From an uncultured Poribacteria bacterium (GTDB taxonomy: Bacteria; Poribacteria; WGA-4E; WGA-3G): DNA of 64,000 bases. Where the stretch lies: positions 4,640,001 through 4,704,000 of the forward strand of contig CATQHZ020000001.1 in NCBI GenBank assembly GCA_958296135.2, given 5' to 3'. The translations under genes were made by a program, and so were the position numbers. Position 1 is the stretch's first letter, and each line of letters begins with the position of its first letter. This document shows positions 46,810-56,240 of the stretch, in pieces. Below the pieces are notes generated by a model. That model was not told where the DNA came from. It made no database searches and worked only from the letters and a program-made list of their open reading frames with translations.

Positions 46810-49464
46810 ATGACATCAGATGAAATCAGAGCCAGTTTCTTAGAATACTTCCGCAAGCAGGAGCACACCGTCGTCCCGAGCGCATCGCTAATCCCCGCAG
46901 GCGACGAAACACTGCTGTTCACCAACGCCGGGATGAACCAATTCAAAGATGTTTTCCTCGGAATTGGGCAGCGGGAGTATACGCGCGCCGTCGATACGCA
47001 GAAATGCATGCGCGTCAGCGGAAAACACAATGACCTCGAGGAAGTGGGGCATTCGCCAAGCCACCACACCTTCTTTGAGATGCTCGGAAACTGGTCCTTC
47101 GGTGATTATTACAAGCAGGCGGCAATCGCCTTCGCCTGGGAATTGGTAACCGAACTCTGGCGAATTCCCAAGGAACGCCTCTGGGCAACGGTGTATGTTG
47201 ATGATGACGAAACGGAAAAACTCTGGGTCCAAGAGACAGACTTGCCCCTCGCGCGCATCCGCCGCTGTGATAAGGATAATTTCTGGGAAATGGGCGAGAC
47301 GGGGCCCTGCGGTCCGTGCAGCGAACTTTTTATCGACCTGGGTGTGGACGCATACCCTGAAACGGCGAACGACCCGAGCGCAGGCCCCAACACCAGCGAC
47401 CGGTTTCTCGAATTTTGGAACCTAGTCTTCATCCAATACAATCGGGATGAAAATGGAGTGCTGACACCGCTGCCCGCTACGCATGTCGACACGGGAATGG
47501 GTTTTGAACGGATAACCTCTATTTTGCAAGGAGTGGATTCCAACTACAAAACCGATCTGTTTACGCCGCTCTTAGAAACAATCTCGGATATGACAGAGGC
47601 AGCCTATTTTGACGATGAACGTGGGATACCCCATCGAGTCATCGCGGACCACGTCCGATGCCTAACGTTCGCTATCGGAGATGGCGTGATGCCTTCCAAT
47701 GAGGGCCGCGGCTACGTCATCCGTCGGATTTTGCGGCGCGCGGTGCTTTACGGCAAAAAACTGGCGATGGATGAGGCGTTCATCTATCGGCTTGTCGACA
47801 AAGTGATTGAGCTGCTCGGCAATGTGTTCCCCAATGTCAAGCCGCGGCGCGAGTTTATCATGCGCACGATTCAAGCGGAAGAAAGCCGCTTCCATCAAAC
47901 GCTAGAACGCGGCTTGGCGATGCTAGATAGTTCCTTTGACGTGCTCACTAAACAAGGCGGCACGCAACTTGATGGGAAACGGGCGTTTGAACTCCACGAT
48001 ACGTTTGGCTTCCCTCTGGATTTGACGCAGATGCTCGCACGCGAACGCGGTTTTGTCGTCGATGACACCGGCTTTGCGCGCCGCATGGAAGAGCAGCGGG
48101 AGCGCGGCCGCGCAGCTTGGCACGCGAAGGGCGGCGCGAAAGCCGAAGAGAGCTCCGTTTACGCCGAAGCCCTCCAAGAAAATGGCGAAACCGAGTTTGT
48201 CGGCTACACGCAGGACAACGCCGAAGCGGAAATCGTCGCCTTGATTGTCGGCACCGAATCGGTAGGCGGCGCGCAAGTGGGTGACGAGGTGTCCTTGCTG
48301 CTCAACCGCACGCCTTTCTACGGCGAATCCGGTGGACAAGTAGGGGATGTCGGAACCCTTGAGAGCCGGAACGCGAAGTTAGCCGTGTTGGATACCTTCA
48401 AACCTTCGGCAGAACTGGTTGTGCATAAGTGTCGCGTGCTTGAAGGTGAGATTACGCCGTTCACTGCCGTGCATGCACAGATTGATGTCGCGCGGCGAAA
48501 AGCCGTGGCGGTGAGTCACACTGCGACGCATATCCTGCACAGTGGGTTGCGCAGCGTGCTCGGCACGCACGTCGGGCAAGCCGGTTCACTCGTTGAAGCT
48601 GGCAGATTGCGGTTCGACTTTTCACACTACGAAGCAGTCTCCTCGGAACAACTGCGTGAAATTGAGGGCTTTGTCAACGAAAAAATTCGGGAGAATGACA
48701 CGCTCTCAATTGCAGAGATGCCCTTAGCTGAAGCGAAAGCGCGCGGCGCGCTCGCCTTCTTCGGTGATAAGTATGGCGACATTGTGCGCGTCGTGCAAGC
48801 CGGGGAGTATAGCGTCGAGTTGTGCGGCGGCACGCACGTTGATGCTACCGGGGAACTCGGATTCGTGAAATTGGTGAGCGAGAGCAGCATCGCCGCGGGC
48901 GTTCGGCGCGTTGAAGCATTCACAGGCGGCGCAGCAGCCGCAGCAGTTCAAGATGACGATACGCTGCTTGCAACCATCGCGAAGGTGCTGAAAACTCCCA
49001 AAACCGCCTTACCCGAACGGGTTGAACGGATGCTGCAGGAACAACGCGAGTTGGAACAGCAACTCCAGCAGTTACAAGGGCAGCTTGCGCGCGCTAACAT
49101 CGGGGCCTTAGTTGAAAGTGCTACACGTGTCGACGGGGTGCAGGTTGTCGCCTCGCGGGTGGAAGGCACCCACCGGAACGGCCTGCGTCAACTCGTCGAT
49201 GAACTTAAGACGCAACTTGAATCCGGCGTTGTCGCATTGGCATCAGTAGCAGATGGCGAAGTCGCGTTTGTCGTCGGCGTAACCGCAGATCTGGTGAAGC
49301 AGCGGAGTTTGCACGCGGGGAAAATCATCGGAGAATTAACCCGGCTTGCAGACGGGCGCGGCGGCGGCAGGCCCGAGTTGGCACAAGGGGGCGGAAAAGA
49401 CCCGAGTAAAGTGCAAGCAGCAATTGAAGCCGCTAGACGTATTGTTGCCGAGCAACTCTCGTAA
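46810..49464 (+). CDS. alaS: Alanine--tRNA ligase
   Basis: Motifs LLFTNAGMNQFK, FFEMLGN, GPCGPCSE, DTGMG.ER, HTATH, ELCGGTH, GGG.P..AQGG. Confidence 0.98.
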   Translation: MTSDEIRASFLEYFRKQEHTVVPSASLIPAGDETLLFTNAGMNQFKDVFLGIGQREYTRAVDTQKCMRVSGKHNDLEEVGHSPSHHTFFEMLGNWSFGDYYKQAAIAFAWELVTELWRIPKERLWATVYVDDDETEKLWVQETDLPLARIRRCDKDNFWEMGETGPCGPCSELFIDLGVDAYPETANDPSAGPNTSDRFLEFWNLVFIQYNRDENGVLTPLPATHVDTGMGFERITSILQGVDSNYKTDLFTPLLETISDMTEAAYFDDERGIPHRVIADHVRCLTFAIGDGVMPSNEGRGYVIRRILRRAVLYGKKLAMDEAFIYRLVDKVIELLGNVFPNVKPRREFIMRTIQAEESRFHQTLERGLAMLDSSFDVLTKQGGTQLDGKRAFELHDTFGFPLDLTQMLARERGFVVDDTGFARRMEEQRERGRAAWHAKGGAKAEESSVYAEALQENGETEFVGYTQDNAEAEIVALIVGTESVGGAQVGDEVSLLLNRTPFYGESGGQVGDVGTLESRNAKLAVLDTFKPSAELVVHKCRVLEGEITPFTAVHAQIDVARRKAVAVSHTATHILHSGLRSVLGTHVGQAGSLVEAGRLRFDFSHYEAVSSEQLREIEGFVNEKIRENDTLSIAEMPLAEAKARGALAFFGDKYGDIVRVVQAGEYSVELCGGTHVDATGELGFVKLVSESSIAAGVRRVEAFTGGAAAAAVQDDDTLLATIAKVLKTPKTALPERVERMLQEQRELEQQLQQLQGQLARANIGALVESATRVDGVQVVASRVEGTHRNGLRQLVDELKTQLESGVVALASVADGEVAFVVGVTADLVKQRSLHAGKIIGELTRLADGRGGGRPELAQGGGKDPSKVQAAIEAARRIVAEQLS

Positions 49465-49522
49465 AAATGCGGAAGCGCGATACCGAATACAGTGCCGTGA
49501 GGCACGAATTGTTGATTCGTTA

Positions 49523-49598
49523 CGTAGGGCGAGGGCCATCACACCGAAACGCTGACATCTCTGCAGCCTCGCTGCAGAGATGAACACTGTCCCTCGCC
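49523..49598 (+). repeat. REPIN-like element
   Basis: CGTAGGGCGAGGGCC..TCTCTGCAGCCTCGCTGCAGAGA..CCCTCGCC. Confidence 0.8.
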
Positions 49599-49624
49599 AT
49601 ACCAAACCAATGCTAGGAGAAGTT

Positions 49625-50182
49625 ATGGACTGGGCACTGATTGCCTCACTTTTTTGGAAATTCAGCCTAGGAACCTTGCTACTCGCCTTGACAGCCCTCG
49701 CCGGTTATATGTGCGCGACGCTCGGCAGCCTCCGAAACTCGCTCAACAGCATCCGGAACACGTTGAATTCCGCGGAAAATATTGTCACTCAAGAACTCGG
49801 TGAATTGCTGAGTGACGTGGATAAGACGGTGAAAGAGGTGAACAAGGAACTACCGGAACTGCTACAAAATCTCAACGGGTTGACGGCTTCCTTGCAAGGC
49901 ATTAGCGAAACTGAAATTCAACCCACCGTGCATAATATCCAAGAAATGAGTGCCGTCCTGAATCAAAGTATTCAGGAACTAGATTCGCTCGTGCAAAAAG
50001 CGAGTCAGTTTTCCGGCCAGACGCTCGAACAGGCGGAATTCTTCCGCAACCAACTGGCCATCTCATTAGCGGATATTGTGAGTTTGTGGCAGGGAATCAA
50101 AGCGGGGTGGGACAACTTCCGCACCGCGCAACCACAAGCGTCTGATGAAGACGCGCCGGAATCGGAGGCATCTGATGAATAA
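49625..50182 (+). CDS. DUF948/YtxG-like membrane-anchored coiled-coil protein
   Basis: N-terminal TM plus heptad helices; next to YtxH genes; SD AGGAG. Confidence 0.7.
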   Translation: MDWALIASLFWKFSLGTLLLALTALAGYMCATLGSLRNSLNSIRNTLNSAENIVTQELGELLSDVDKTVKEVNKELPELLQNLNGLTASLQGISETEIQPTVHNIQEMSAVLNQSIQELDSLVQKASQFSGQTLEQAEFFRNQLAISLADIVSLWQGIKAGWDNFRTAQPQASDEDAPESEASDE

Positions 50183-50408
50183 CCGGAAGTCCCCGTATAC
50201 GGGCGTTTTCGCAATTTTTATCGTAGGCGGCCTCATCGGTGCCGCGTTGATGCTGCTCCTTGCACCGCAATCGGGCAAGCGCACCCGGAGAAGCCTCCAC
50301 CGGGCATCAAACCGGCTCCAACGTCAAACCGGCAGAAACGTCTACCGAACCACCAAAAAGGTGAACAAGTTTGTCCACACGTTTTTGGAAAAATTAACGC
50401 TAAGCTAA
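50175..50408 (+). CDS. YtxH-domain protein
   Basis: Motif GGLIGAA..LLLAPQSGK.TR. Confidence 0.85.
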   Translation: MNNRKSPYTGVFAIFIVGGLIGAALMLLLAPQSGKRTRRSLHRASNRLQRQTGRNVYRTTKKVNKFVHTFLEKLTLS

Positions 50409-50429
50409 CTTCATAGAAAGGATAAGAAA

Positions 50430-50837
50430 ATGAGCAATAATGGACAGAACAACGGGCTCGCGATGATATTCGCTTTCTTTACCGGCTTCCTCGCCGGCGC
50501 CGTGATCAGCCTGATTTACGCACCAGGCTCCGGCAAGGAGACCCGGAAGAAAATCCGCGATACCTCCGTTGACGCGAAAAACCGAACCGTCGAACTCGCG
50601 CAACAGGCATCTGAAAGCGCGAAGGAAAACGTTCAGAACCTCGTTGAACAAGGCAAGGACAATGTCCAGGACCTTGTCACCCAGGGGAAAGAACGCTTCC
50701 ACGATGCCAGCGATCAGGTAAAAAGCGCGGTGGAAACCGGGCGCAGAGTCTCCTCTGAAGTCCGCACGAAAATCGCAAGTTCCATCCCCGGCATCAGCGA
50801 CACGCAGGAAACCAACGAAGAAGCCGAGGAAGCCTAA
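50430..50837 (+). CDS. YtxH-domain protein
   Basis: Motif G.LAGA...L.YAP.SGKETR. Confidence 0.88.
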   Translation: MSNNGQNNGLAMIFAFFTGFLAGAVISLIYAPGSGKETRKKIRDTSVDAKNRTVELAQQASESAKENVQNLVEQGKDNVQDLVTQGKERFHDASDQVKSAVETGRRVSSEVRTKIASSIPGISDTQETNEEAEEA

Positions 50838-50955
50838 GGGTGCAAACTTCCCAGGAGGCGCGATTGAAAAAATCGCGCCGTCTCAGTCAAGTAAAACCCG
50901 CTTTCAATACGTAGGGCGAGGGAAACCTATCCCTCGCCATGCAAATGGGTACGCG

Positions 50956-51711
50956 ATGGAAGTTGAAAAATTAAAATCCCTACTTGAACGGGTGAAACGC
51001 GGAGAAGTTGCGGTAGATGACGCGCTGCACGCTCTCCGCAAACTCCCGTTTGAAGACCTGGGTTTTTCCAAGATCGACCATCATCGGCAGCTCCGCACAG
51101 GATTTCCTGAAGTCATCTTCTGTCAGGGCAAAACGATTCCGCAGGTGAAGCAGATTAGCGAACGCATTCTCGCCGCCGGCCACCCACTACTTGCCACCCG
51201 TGCTACCTCGGACATGTATGAGGCAGTCAAGGAGGTTCACCCTGAAGCGTGCTATAACGCGCTTGGGCGAACCATCACCGTCTCGCAATCCGATGAGGAA
51301 GGGGCTCCGGGCATCTTGGTGGTTTCTGCCGGCACCTCTGATTTGCCGGTAGCTGAAGAAGCAGCGGAAACGGTGAAGATGATGGGCAATCGTCCGGAAC
51401 AGCTTTACGATGTCGGCGTGGCAGGGCTCCACCGTTTGATGGGCAATCATGAAAAACTGCTCGCCGCCCGCGTTATCATCGTCGTGGCGGGGATGGAAGG
51501 CGCGCTACCGAGTGTCATCGGCGGGTTGGTAGAGTGTCCCGTCATCGCCGTGCCGACGAGCGTTGGTTACGGTGCCAGTTTCGGCGGGCTCGCCGCGCTG
51601 TTAGGAATGCTCAACAGCTGCGCCTCCGGGGTTACTGTCGTTAACATTGACAACGGCTTCGGCGCGGGGTATAGTGCCTCCCTCATCAATCGATTGAGCG
51701 CGCTAGCCTGA
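50956..51711 (+). CDS. larB: Nickel-pincer cofactor biosynthesis protein LarB
   Basis: Motifs D.HR..RTG.PEVI, AGTSD.PVAEEA, DVGVAG.HR, AGMEGAL.S, PTSVGYG, VVNIDNG. Confidence 0.93.
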   Translation: MEVEKLKSLLERVKRGEVAVDDALHALRKLPFEDLGFSKIDHHRQLRTGFPEVIFCQGKTIPQVKQISERILAAGHPLLATRATSDMYEAVKEVHPEACYNALGRTITVSQSDEEGAPGILVVSAGTSDLPVAEEAAETVKMMGNRPEQLYDVGVAGLHRLMGNHEKLLAARVIIVVAGMEGALPSVIGGLVECPVIAVPTSVGYGASFGGLAALLGMLNSCASGVTVVNIDNGFGAGYSASLINRLSALA

Positions 51712-51807
51712 ACCGCTTTTCTGTCTAGCGCGAGGCGTAACCAGATGTCGACTTTGGCTGATAAAATCGTTGATACAGGGTTACGCCCCGCAAACGACCA
51801 AAAGCCT

Positions 51808-52347
51808 CTACTCCTCTTCTGAACGTTCAACCCTCAACGTAACAGTGGCACTCGTTCGCTCATGTGCCACTTTCAAACGAACGGACTGGGAATCAATGTT
51901 GAGGGTAACGACATCAGCTCCAATCTTGCACCGAATTGCGTTTCCTCGCACGCCGGAACGGGTTTTCCATATCCCGCCAGACGCTTGCGCATAAGCAGCG
52001 AGAGCTGCCTCCATCGCCGCTGAGACAGTACCGTTGGCGTTGAGAACGCGCTGCGCGGCCTTAGCCGCTTCGTTTGCTGAGGCCGTTAACCGCGCCCGGT
52101 GTGTCTGCTCTGGTTCATCGTCAACAGCTCTGCTTTTTCGCAAACCGAAGTATACCAGCGTTGCGAGAAGTCCAAGAAACCCAGCGGTTATCAGCAGGAC
52201 GGTGCCGCGCAATTCGTGGCGGCGCGTCAGACTGTCAAAATCCTCGCGATGGTGCGGATAGAAGGCATCGTGCGCGGAAAGCGGCGCAGCCGCGCAGAAC
52301 AGCCCGACAAAAATAACCATAACTGTTTTGGAGTTTGGAGTGAGCAT
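51808..52347 (-). CDS. Hypothetical membrane protein, probably leaderless
   Basis: Signal peptide plus TM; TATACT 6 nt before ATG 52347. Confidence 0.65.
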   Translation of the reverse strand: MLTPNSKTVMVIFVGLFCAAAPLSAHDAFYPHHREDFDSLTRRHELRGTVLLITAGFLGLLATLVYFGLRKSRAVDDEPEQTHRARLTASANEAAKAAQRVLNANGTVSAAMEAALAAYAQASGGIWKTRSGVRGNAIRCKIGADVVTLNIDSQSVRLKVAHERTSATVTLRVERSEEE

Positions 52348-52394
52348 GGTTTCAGTATAACGGGATGCGGGTAGAAAAATCAACGTCAAAAGGG

Positions 52395-52570
52395 AACAGG
52401 ATTTACAAGATTTCATAGATTACCAAGATTACGTATCACGTGTAATCAACGTTTCCTCGCAGGTTTGACATCCTCTTGGACAAGAACCTATTCGGAGGAA
52501 CAAGAAAACTTGACTACAGCAGCCACGTCATCCTGAAAATCCCTCTCATCCTGCAAATCCTGCTCCAAAA
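52395..52570. repeat. 9-mer-periodic inverted element with conserved core
   Basis: caggattta caagatttc atagattac caagatt ... atcctgaaa atccctctc atcctgcaa atcctg. Confidence 0.75.
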
Positions 52571-52632
52571 CTTGACTTTAAATTGCAAATTTGATACAAT
52601 ACGTCTTGAGTTTACACCCCTTGGCCAAGCCC

Positions 52633-52736
52633 TGCAAGAAAAGACAACGTCTTTTCGGCCTGCTAAGTTGCAGCCTTGCCGCCAAGACAACGTCAGACTA
52701 CCGCTAGGAACAACAAAAAAGGAAGGAGGCACCCCT
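52633..52736 (+). repeat. AAC-loop element (type-1 tail) with a fully compensated stem
   Basis: GAAAAGAC-AAC-GTCTTTTC-GGCCTGCTAAGTT ... ACCGCTAGGAACAACAAAAAAGGAAGGAGG..TTG. Confidence 0.8.
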
Positions 52737-53414
52737 TTGAATCAGAGAGCACCTATTGAAGAACAAATTGATCTCCCTTTCGTTGAATCGCTGCGGATTA
52801 GTTTTCAAAGCCTGAAAATTCGTTTTGGGCGTTCAATTATCACAACCGCGGGGATTACGCTCGGCATCGCATTCCTCGTCTCCGTCTGGACGAACAACGA
52901 GATTAATCTCGCGCTACAGGAGAGCGGCCGGCAATCGCAAATTAACACTTTTGAAGAGACAACCCAACAAGGCATTTCCACAAAGGACATCTGGCTCATC
53001 ATCATGTCGCTCATCGTCTGTGTCGTCGGGATTGCGAACTCAATGCTGATGGCAGTTACTGAGCGGTTCCGCGAGATTGGGACGATGAAATGCCTCGGCG
53101 CGTTAGACGGATTCGTCGTCCGGCTGTTCTTGCTTGAGTCGGGATTCCAAGGGTTTTCAGGCGCGCTCATCGGCGCGCTCCTCGGCACACTCGGCGCGAT
53201 TATCTTGGGACTGAAAGACTATGGGTTGGATCTGTTCTTCTATTTCCCCTTGTTACCCGCGCAGCCGGAAGAGGGCGCGATGCAGCTCGGCGTGATAGTT
53301 GTCATCTTGCTCGGGTGCGTGCTCGGCATGATTTTAGCAGTCATCGGCTCGTCGTTCCCAGCGTGGCGCGCGGCAAAACTCCCGCCAGCAGAGGCGATGC
53401 GAACCGAGGTCTAG
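52737..53414 (+). CDS. Short FtsX/MacB-type ABC permease
   Basis: Motifs GIANSML.AV.ERFREIG..K.LGA and PA..AA.L.P.EA.R. Confidence 0.9.
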   Translation: MNQRAPIEEQIDLPFVESLRISFQSLKIRFGRSIITTAGITLGIAFLVSVWTNNEINLALQESGRQSQINTFEETTQQGISTKDIWLIIMSLIVCVVGIANSMLMAVTERFREIGTMKCLGALDGFVVRLFLLESGFQGFSGALIGALLGTLGAIILGLKDYGLDLFFYFPLLPAQPEEGAMQLGVIVVILLGCVLGMILAVIGSSFPAWRAAKLPPAEAMRTEV

Positions 53415-53436
53415 GCGAACCTAAGAGGAGAAGACT

Positions 53437-54165
53437 ATGGCTGATATCGTTGTGAAAACAGAGGATGTCGTCAAAGAATATCGCATGGGCTCGAATGTGC
53501 TGCGTGCTTTAGACGGCATCAACATTGAGATTAACCGGGGGGAATACATTTCGCTGATGGGGCCCTCCGGCTCCGGCAAATCTACCCTCTTTAACATGAT
53601 CGGCGCGTTGGACCGGCCCACGGAGGGGCGTGTCTACATTGACGGACAGAACATGTCGCAACTCTCGCAACGGCAGATTGCGGCGTTTCGGTGCCACCGC
53701 GTCGGCTACATTTTTCAGAGTTATAACCTGTTACACGTGCGGAGCGCGCACGGGAACGTAACACTGCCGATGATTTTCGCCGGCATCCCCGAAAAAGAGC
53801 GCGACGAAAAGGCAGAAAAACTGCTGGACATGGTAGGGTTAGGCGACAGAATTTATCACCTGCCCGATGAACTCTCCGGTGGACAGCGGCAACGCGTCGC
53901 AATTGCGAGGGCCCTTGCCAATGACCCGAGCATTATCCTCGCCGATGAACCGACAGCAAACTTGGATACCATCACCGGCCGTGAAATCATCGATTTGATT
54001 AAACGGTTGAATAAGGAACAGGGGGTCACCGTCATTTCAGCAACGCACGATTTGAAGATGCTTGATGTCTCGGATCGGATTGTAGATATCCGCGATGGGT
54101 TGGTGGAGCGCATCCGTAACCGCGATGAGATTGAAATTGAGGTTGGTGAGGTGGGCGGAGAGTAG
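53437..54165 (+). CDS. ABC transporter ATP-binding protein (LolD/MacB-like)
   Basis: Motifs GPSGSGKST, LSGGQRQR, ILADEPT. Confidence 0.95.
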   Translation: MADIVVKTEDVVKEYRMGSNVLRALDGINIEINRGEYISLMGPSGSGKSTLFNMIGALDRPTEGRVYIDGQNMSQLSQRQIAAFRCHRVGYIFQSYNLLHVRSAHGNVTLPMIFAGIPEKERDEKAEKLLDMVGLGDRIYHLPDELSGGQRQRVAIARALANDPSIILADEPTANLDTITGREIIDLIKRLNKEQGVTVISATHDLKMLDVSDRIVDIRDGLVERIRNRDEIEIEVGEVGGE

Positions 54166-54170
54166 TCTAA

Positions 54171-55766
54171 ATGGCGCGAAAAGCATCACGCAGGGTTAAG
54201 ACGTTACGTGGGTTTGTGGAATGGGCTGAACAGTTCACCGATGGAAAATATCTGTTTCGCGGTGTTTCCAAGCAGTTGTATAAACTGGAAGCGTCTGCCT
54301 ATCGCCGTCTCCCGGAAGGCGACAAACAGAAACCGCACGAGCTCTGCAAAGTCAATCGGGAATTGTTAGAAAGAGCGCGTCTTTTGGGACACGCTTTTCG
54401 GGATGGCCAGCAACGTTCCGACTTGGAGTTGCTGGCCGAACTACAGCACTTCGGCGCGGCGACATGCCTCATCGACTTCACACGGAATGCCTTCATCGCG
54501 CTCTGGTTTGCCTGCCAGCAGAGCACTAGTGGGGAGGCGGCAAACGGGAAAGTGTTTGCTGTTCGTGTTGACGAGCCGGTCCGCTTTAAGACGGTTACAC
54601 ACGAACTGCTAGCGGCCGAGGATATTGACTCCTTTTTCGCGGAGGATGACGAGGGTAGGTATCCACTCTATCAGTGGCAGCCCAAGCATCAGAACAACCG
54701 CATCATCGCGCAGCAATCTGTGTTCATCTTCGGGGGTGCCCAAATTGACATTGCGGCAGAATGCATCATTCTCAAAAGTAGCAAGCGCGAGCTCCTAGCG
54801 TCTCTGGAGAAATTATCGGGGATTAGCGAAGCGAGTTTGTTCCCCGATTTTGATGGATTTGCTCGCCTTAATGCTCAGAATAGGCAGTCGATTCAATCCG
54901 ATCCGGAATTCTATCTGCAGCGCGCCATTCAGGCGCACCAAGCGGAAAATCTGGATGATGCCCTTGGCTATTATACCTCAGTCATCTTGTTGGATTCGGA
55001 TAGTCTCACTCTTGCAAAGGCATACACTGGCCGAGGTCTGATTTACAGAAGCAAAGAAGAATTCGATCTCGCTATCACAAACTTCACCAAGGCAATTGAG
55101 CAAAACGCCAATGATGCTTACGCTTATAACAACCGTGGGCTTGCTTACGGTAGGAGAGCCGAAGTCTATGGTGACGCAGAAGATCGGGATCGCGCCGAAA
55201 AAGACATGGATTCCGCCATAAAAGACTACGACGAAGCAATAACCCTGAACGCCGATTTTCACGATGCCTATAACAATCGTGGGGCCGCTTACCTCTTCAA
55301 AGACGAGTTTGACCGGGCCATTGAAGACTGTAACAAGGCAGTAACCCTGAACGCCGATTTTCACGATGTCTACTACAATCGCGGTACTGCTTACCTCTTT
55401 AAAGACGAGTTTAACCGGGCCATTGAAGACTACGACGAAGCAATAACCCTGAACGCTGATTTTCACGATGCCTACTACAATCGAGCCACCGTCTATTCTT
55501 ATACCGGCGAATTTGAGTTGGCTATTGAGGACTACACGAAGGTAGTAGACTTGGATCCAGATGATGCCAACGCCTATTACAGCCGCGGCATCGTCCGGTT
55601 GCAACTGCAAAATTGGCAAGAGGCCAAAGCAGACCTAACCGCTGCGAAGCAAAGGGATATGGATATCATCGATGCATTTCTGACCGATCATGACAGTGTA
55701 GTCCACTTTGAGCAGGAACATGGTATTCAGTTACCGGTAGACATCGCTAAGTTGCTGATGGAGTAA
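54171..55766 (+). CDS. FRG-domain plus TPR repeat protein
   Basis: Motifs LFRG, LQHFG..T.LIDFT, ALWFA, RI.AQ.SVF, L..LFPD; about 6-7 TPRs. Confidence 0.9.
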   Translation: MARKASRRVKTLRGFVEWAEQFTDGKYLFRGVSKQLYKLEASAYRRLPEGDKQKPHELCKVNRELLERARLLGHAFRDGQQRSDLELLAELQHFGAATCLIDFTRNAFIALWFACQQSTSGEAANGKVFAVRVDEPVRFKTVTHELLAAEDIDSFFAEDDEGRYPLYQWQPKHQNNRIIAQQSVFIFGGAQIDIAAECIILKSSKRELLASLEKLSGISEASLFPDFDGFARLNAQNRQSIQSDPEFYLQRAIQAHQAENLDDALGYYTSVILLDSDSLTLAKAYTGRGLIYRSKEEFDLAITNFTKAIEQNANDAYAYNNRGLAYGRRAEVYGDAEDRDRAEKDMDSAIKDYDEAITLNADFHDAYNNRGAAYLFKDEFDRAIEDCNKAVTLNADFHDVYYNRGTAYLFKDEFNRAIEDYDEAITLNADFHDAYYNRATVYSYTGEFELAIEDYTKVVDLDPDDANAYYSRGIVRLQLQNWQEAKADLTAAKQRDMDIIDAFLTDHDSVVHFEQEHGIQLPVDIAKLLME

Positions 55767-55826
55767 TAAGCGTGCCATAATCACATGAAAGCAGAAATTT
55801 GACACTTCCGCGGTGCGAAAACCAGG

Positions 55827-55855
55827 TTGACATTTTGGTGGAAACTTGTTATCAT
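55827..55855 (+). promoter_or_regulatory. sigma70 promoter
   Basis: TTGACA-N17-TATCAT with extended TG. Confidence 0.7.
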
Positions 55856-55900
55856 ATCATCATAATACAACGTAACTTCTCTACAAGGAGATGCATCTAA

Positions 55901-56053
55901 ATGGCAAGCAAAAAGACCTTGACTTCCAAAGGCAACGCGGCTGCGAAAACCGGTAAATTCATGATTGTGAGGGAACCGAAGCGGAACAAAAACCCCTCGC
56001 GAGCTTCAACTGTCAGGGTAGTGACGAGCCCTAAGCCCGCGCGAAGTTCCTGA
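55901..56053 (+). CDS. 50-aa basic small protein (absent from the ORF track)
   Basis: MASKKTLTSKGNAAAKTGKFMIVREPKRNKNPSRASTVRVVTSPKPARSS; promoter and AAGGAG SD upstream. Confidence 0.55.
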   Translation: MASKKTLTSKGNAAAKTGKFMIVREPKRNKNPSRASTVRVVTSPKPARSS

Positions 56054-56125
56054 TATTCTGAACCGAAGTTGTTCCCTCAACACGCGATTCCCCCTGGCAT
56101 CGAAAACGCAACAGGGAGATAAACG

Positions 56126-56240
56126 ATGATCCGCATTATCGCGAACCCGGAGATTCTTGGCGGAAAACCGGTGATTGAAGGCACGCGCCTGAGCGGGGAG
56201 CACGTGTTGGGCTTGCTCGCCAACGGCATGTCACATCAAG
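56126..56240 (+). pseudogene. Truncated DUF433 antitoxin-like gene
   Basis: RI..NPEILGGKPVIEGTRL..L..G.S, then collides with the iolG stop. Confidence 0.75.

Noticed and set aside
50956-51711. Lone larB as a novel system
   Set aside because: lar genes are often scattered; larA, larC and larE may lie outside the window.
52476-52736. Long N-terminal extensions in the ORF track (also 2058, 7032, 8651, 45795, 49580, 59343)
   Set aside because: They run through repeats or upstream genes; downstream starts have better SD or homology boundaries.
55224-55500. Diversity-generating retroelement TR/VR pair
   Set aside because: These are in-frame TPR repeats; differences are not adenine-specific and no reverse transcriptase is in the window.
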